Assembly (NCBI GenBank): GCA_963796055.1
Contig: CAWCKH010000004.1
Span: 2,848,001 to 2,912,000 of the forward strand
Source: an uncultured delta proteobacterium
Lineage (GTDB): Bacteria; Myxococcota; Myxococcia; Myxococcales; Myxococcaceae
Length of the DNA stretch: 64,000 bases
Reading direction: 5' to 3'
Part shown: one piece after another, positions 62,039 through 64,000 of the stretch
Layout of the letters: every line of letters begins with the position of its first letter
Numbering within the stretch: the first letter of the stretch is position 1
Program-made: the position numbers and the translations under genes
Notes under the pieces: generated by a model
The model's database searches: none
What the model was told of the DNA's origin: nothing
The model's input: the letters and a program-made list of their open reading frames with translations, nothing else

Positions 62039-62917
62039 ATGCCGCCAGCACCAATCGGGACAAACGGAGGTGGGGACGGAAGCGGAGGCGTCGACGAACT
62101 CGAGGACGTGACGCTCGAACACTTCACCGCGAATCCAACCGCGATCGGACCCTTCGACCACAGCGTTCTGTCCTGGCATGTCAATGGGGTCAGGCCGCGG
62201 GTACAGATCCTGCTGAACAACACCCAGGTGACCGCCGTGGGCCAGGCTGTCGTCAATCCGGCAGTGACCGCCAGCTATACCCTGTCAGCCAAATCCGGGG
62301 CTGCCCGCAAGACCCTGGGTCACGTCACCGTGAACGTGGACACATCTACGTGTGACGAGGTGGAACTGATCAACTTGTTGGCTGTCCTGCGACAGCAGGT
62401 CATCCTTGCGATCGCCAACCGCACGGACACCTACTGGTCCAGCAATCTTAACGATTCGAACATCCTTTCGGTAGGGTTGAGCGACGAGCCCCTGCCGCGA
62501 ATCTTTGTCCGAGCGGTTTTCCGCCAGCGCTTGGCGAACTTCCCAGACCCGTGGGTCACACTCGAGCTCTCGTTTGGGCTCGCGATCCAGAATGGACTGT
62601 TTATCGCCGTCGCCCCCTCGTCGAAGGGTACCGTCGAGTTCGACAAGGTGACGTGGTTCCTCGGTGGGATTCTGCTCGGGCTCGCGCTTGCGGTGAGCAA
62701 CGCAAACGAAAGAGCAACAAAGGCGGGCACCGAACTTATAGCCGGACTGCTGCAATACATCAACGTCGTCCAGCTCCATCCGAGTGCTCACAAGGCGCCG
62801 AGATCGGCGGTTGTGACTCACCGCAACGGACAGCCCTTCATCGGATATGTGGAGTGCGCGGTCGGGAAACGCGGGGTGACCGTCATTCTCTCGGACGTTG
62901 GGTCCGCTATGTCATGA
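62039..62917 (+). CDS. Hypothetical protein in island (beta-rich N-terminus, hydrophobic segment near C-terminus)
   Basis: AGGAGG RBS before ATG 62039; 292-aa open frame with codon usage unlike the core genes. Confidence 0.65.
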   Translation: MPPAPIGTNGGGDGSGGVDELEDVTLEHFTANPTAIGPFDHSVLSWHVNGVRPRVQILLNNTQVTAVGQAVVNPAVTASYTLSAKSGAARKTLGHVTVNVDTSTCDEVELINLLAVLRQQVILAIANRTDTYWSSNLNDSNILSVGLSDEPLPRIFVRAVFRQRLANFPDPWVTLELSFGLAIQNGLFIAVAPSSKGTVEFDKVTWFLGGILLGLALAVSNANERATKAGTELIAGLLQYINVVQLHPSAHKAPRSAVVTHRNGQPFIGYVECAVGKRGVTVILSDVGSAMS

Positions 62918-63074
62918 TCCTTTCCGTGGGACCTTCACCGCCTCAGGGTGGCCCTCGTCGTGACTTCCCTCCCAACACTGGACGGTTCTCAGCTTGAGGA
63001 AGACGGGCACCGACGAGCTTCGCGAAGCATTGAGAGCCCAGCGCGCGCCCGAGCTCAGTCTTCGGATGGACGGG

Positions 63075-63281
63075 AGCGTAATTCGACCTCCAGTGGTAGA
63101 AGGTCGTGTCGCAGACACCGAACTGCCGGCAGACCTCCTTCGGCTTCGCTCCGCCGTCGACCTCCTGGAGCGCTCGACGATCTGCTCCTGCGTGAACTGC
63201 GACTTCCTTTCCATCCCATCCTCGGAGGCCATCATCGAAGGATTCCCGCTTCGGCGGGTCGAGTTTTCGTGGGGCAGGTCA
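63075..63281 (-). mobile_element. IS3-family remnant (left end plus frameshifted orfA fragment)
   Basis: End TGACCTGCCCC (63281-63271). ATG 63214 MERKSQFTQEQIV then, frameshifted, ALQEVDGGAKPKEVCRQFGVCDTTFYHWRSNY (HTH_Tnp_1-like). No orfB. Confidence 0.8.
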
Positions 63282-63474
63282 CCTGCTGGTGAGGCCGTCA
63301 GCGTGACCATCCGCTCGGCCAGACCTCCTCGAACAGTGGCTGCCGGGTGGGCAGCCAGGACCGGTCAGCCGGGCCGGGAGCTGCGACCGCGGGCGGTCGT
63401 GAGATCGAATCGAGGAGCGGAATTCCGTCAGCTCCGTCGCCAATCCGCTAAGCTGCTTGAGATATTGACGAAAA

Positions 63475-63546
63475 TGACCCTGCCGGGATTCGAACCCGAG
63501 TTTGTGCCGTGAGAGGGCACCGTCCTGACCACTAGACGACAGGGCC
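63475..63546 (-). tRNA. tRNA-Glu(CTC), CCA not encoded
   Basis: GGCCCTGTCGTCTAGTGGTCAGGACGGTGCCCTCTCACGGCACAAACTCGGGTTCGAATCCCGGCAGGGTCA: acceptor stem, anticodon arm GTGCC-CT-CTC-AC-GGCAC, T-loop GGTTCGAATCC. Confidence 0.97.
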
Positions 63547-63571
63547 GTCCTTTGCCGCGGAGCGCGCTTCT

Positions 63572-63976
63572 CTAGCGAGCCTTCCGTCGGACGTCAACGG
63601 AGGCGGGCTGAACGTCGGCGTCGAGCTCCAGCCAGGCATACCCGCAGACCGTGCACACCGCCTTTCGGCCCTCGGGGAAGGTGAGCCCCGTCTTCACCTC
63701 CACCGCATGCCCCTCCGTTGCCGGGCAGCGCGAGCACGGGCTCGACGGCGGACGCACCGGGTAATCCCACTGGTGCGGAGGGAGCCGCAGCACGCGGAAC
63801 CACTCGACGACCAGCGACTCGCTCCAGCCCACGTCCACCTTCCGACCAGCGGGCACGAGCCCCTTCGCCAGGCCGAGCCAGTACACGCGCAGCTCTTCCA
63901 CGTGCCGCTTCATCTCGCGGGCGGCGAAGGTCGTCCCCAGCATCTCGACCATCGCCATGAGCCGGGCCCGGTCCAT
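63572..63976 (-). CDS. Hypothetical protein with C-terminal CxxC...CxxC zinc finger
   Basis: 134-aa ORF with CSRC and CTVC motifs. Confidence 0.55.
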   Translation of the reverse strand: MDRARLMAMVEMLGTTFAAREMKRHVEELRVYWLGLAKGLVPAGRKVDVGWSESLVVEWFRVLRLPPHQWDYPVRPPSSPCSRCPATEGHAVEVKTGLTFPEGRKAVCTVCGYAWLELDADVQPASVDVRRKAR

Positions 63977-64000
63977 GACCGGAACATGCGTTCAGTAGAG

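Noticed and set aside
63420..63546. Intact prophage or ICE integrated at tRNA-Glu
   Set aside because: No integrase, phage or conjugation genes, and no second att copy found by eye.

Overview
High-GC bacterial chromosomal window, most likely Myxococcota (Myxococcaceae-like; inferred from the CdnL sequence and gene order). About 1-45.9 kb is core genome: CBM9-like lipoprotein, comEC, cdnL, FHA protein, cysS, M28 peptidase, uvrBC, two tandem DUF507 paralogues, chrA, yggS, maf, a GAF-GGDEF cyclase, a SurA/PpiD chaperone, mreC-mreD-mrdA-rodA, mgtE, a PilZ protein, trxA, ccsA-hemACD, a lone GspE/PilB ATPase and pdhABC. The most striking element is a complete IS110-family (IS1111-type) insertion sequence at 45891-47396, sitting exactly on the pdhC stop codon. 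It has CTAG at both junctions, 11-bp sub-terminal inverted repeats and a junction-assembled promoter. Its 316-nt downstream non-coding end folds into two homologous loops whose unpaired segments match both strands of the reconstructed target (GTTCTAGC) and the circle junction (ATCCTAGA), i.e. a readable bridge/seek RNA. Downstream are a two-component cluster, phaB, a CopG-type regulator, a hyfBCEFGI-like operon whose large subunit lacks the Ni-binding cysteines (Ehr-type), and a degraded AT-richer island at the 3' end of tRNA-Glu(CTC). Two intergenic repeat arrays (77-bp x6 upstream of comEC, 54-bp x3 next to yggS) share terminal motifs. Several single-base frameshifts, including one in hemC, suggest indel errors in the assembly. 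All calls are by eye; no searches or folding programs were run.
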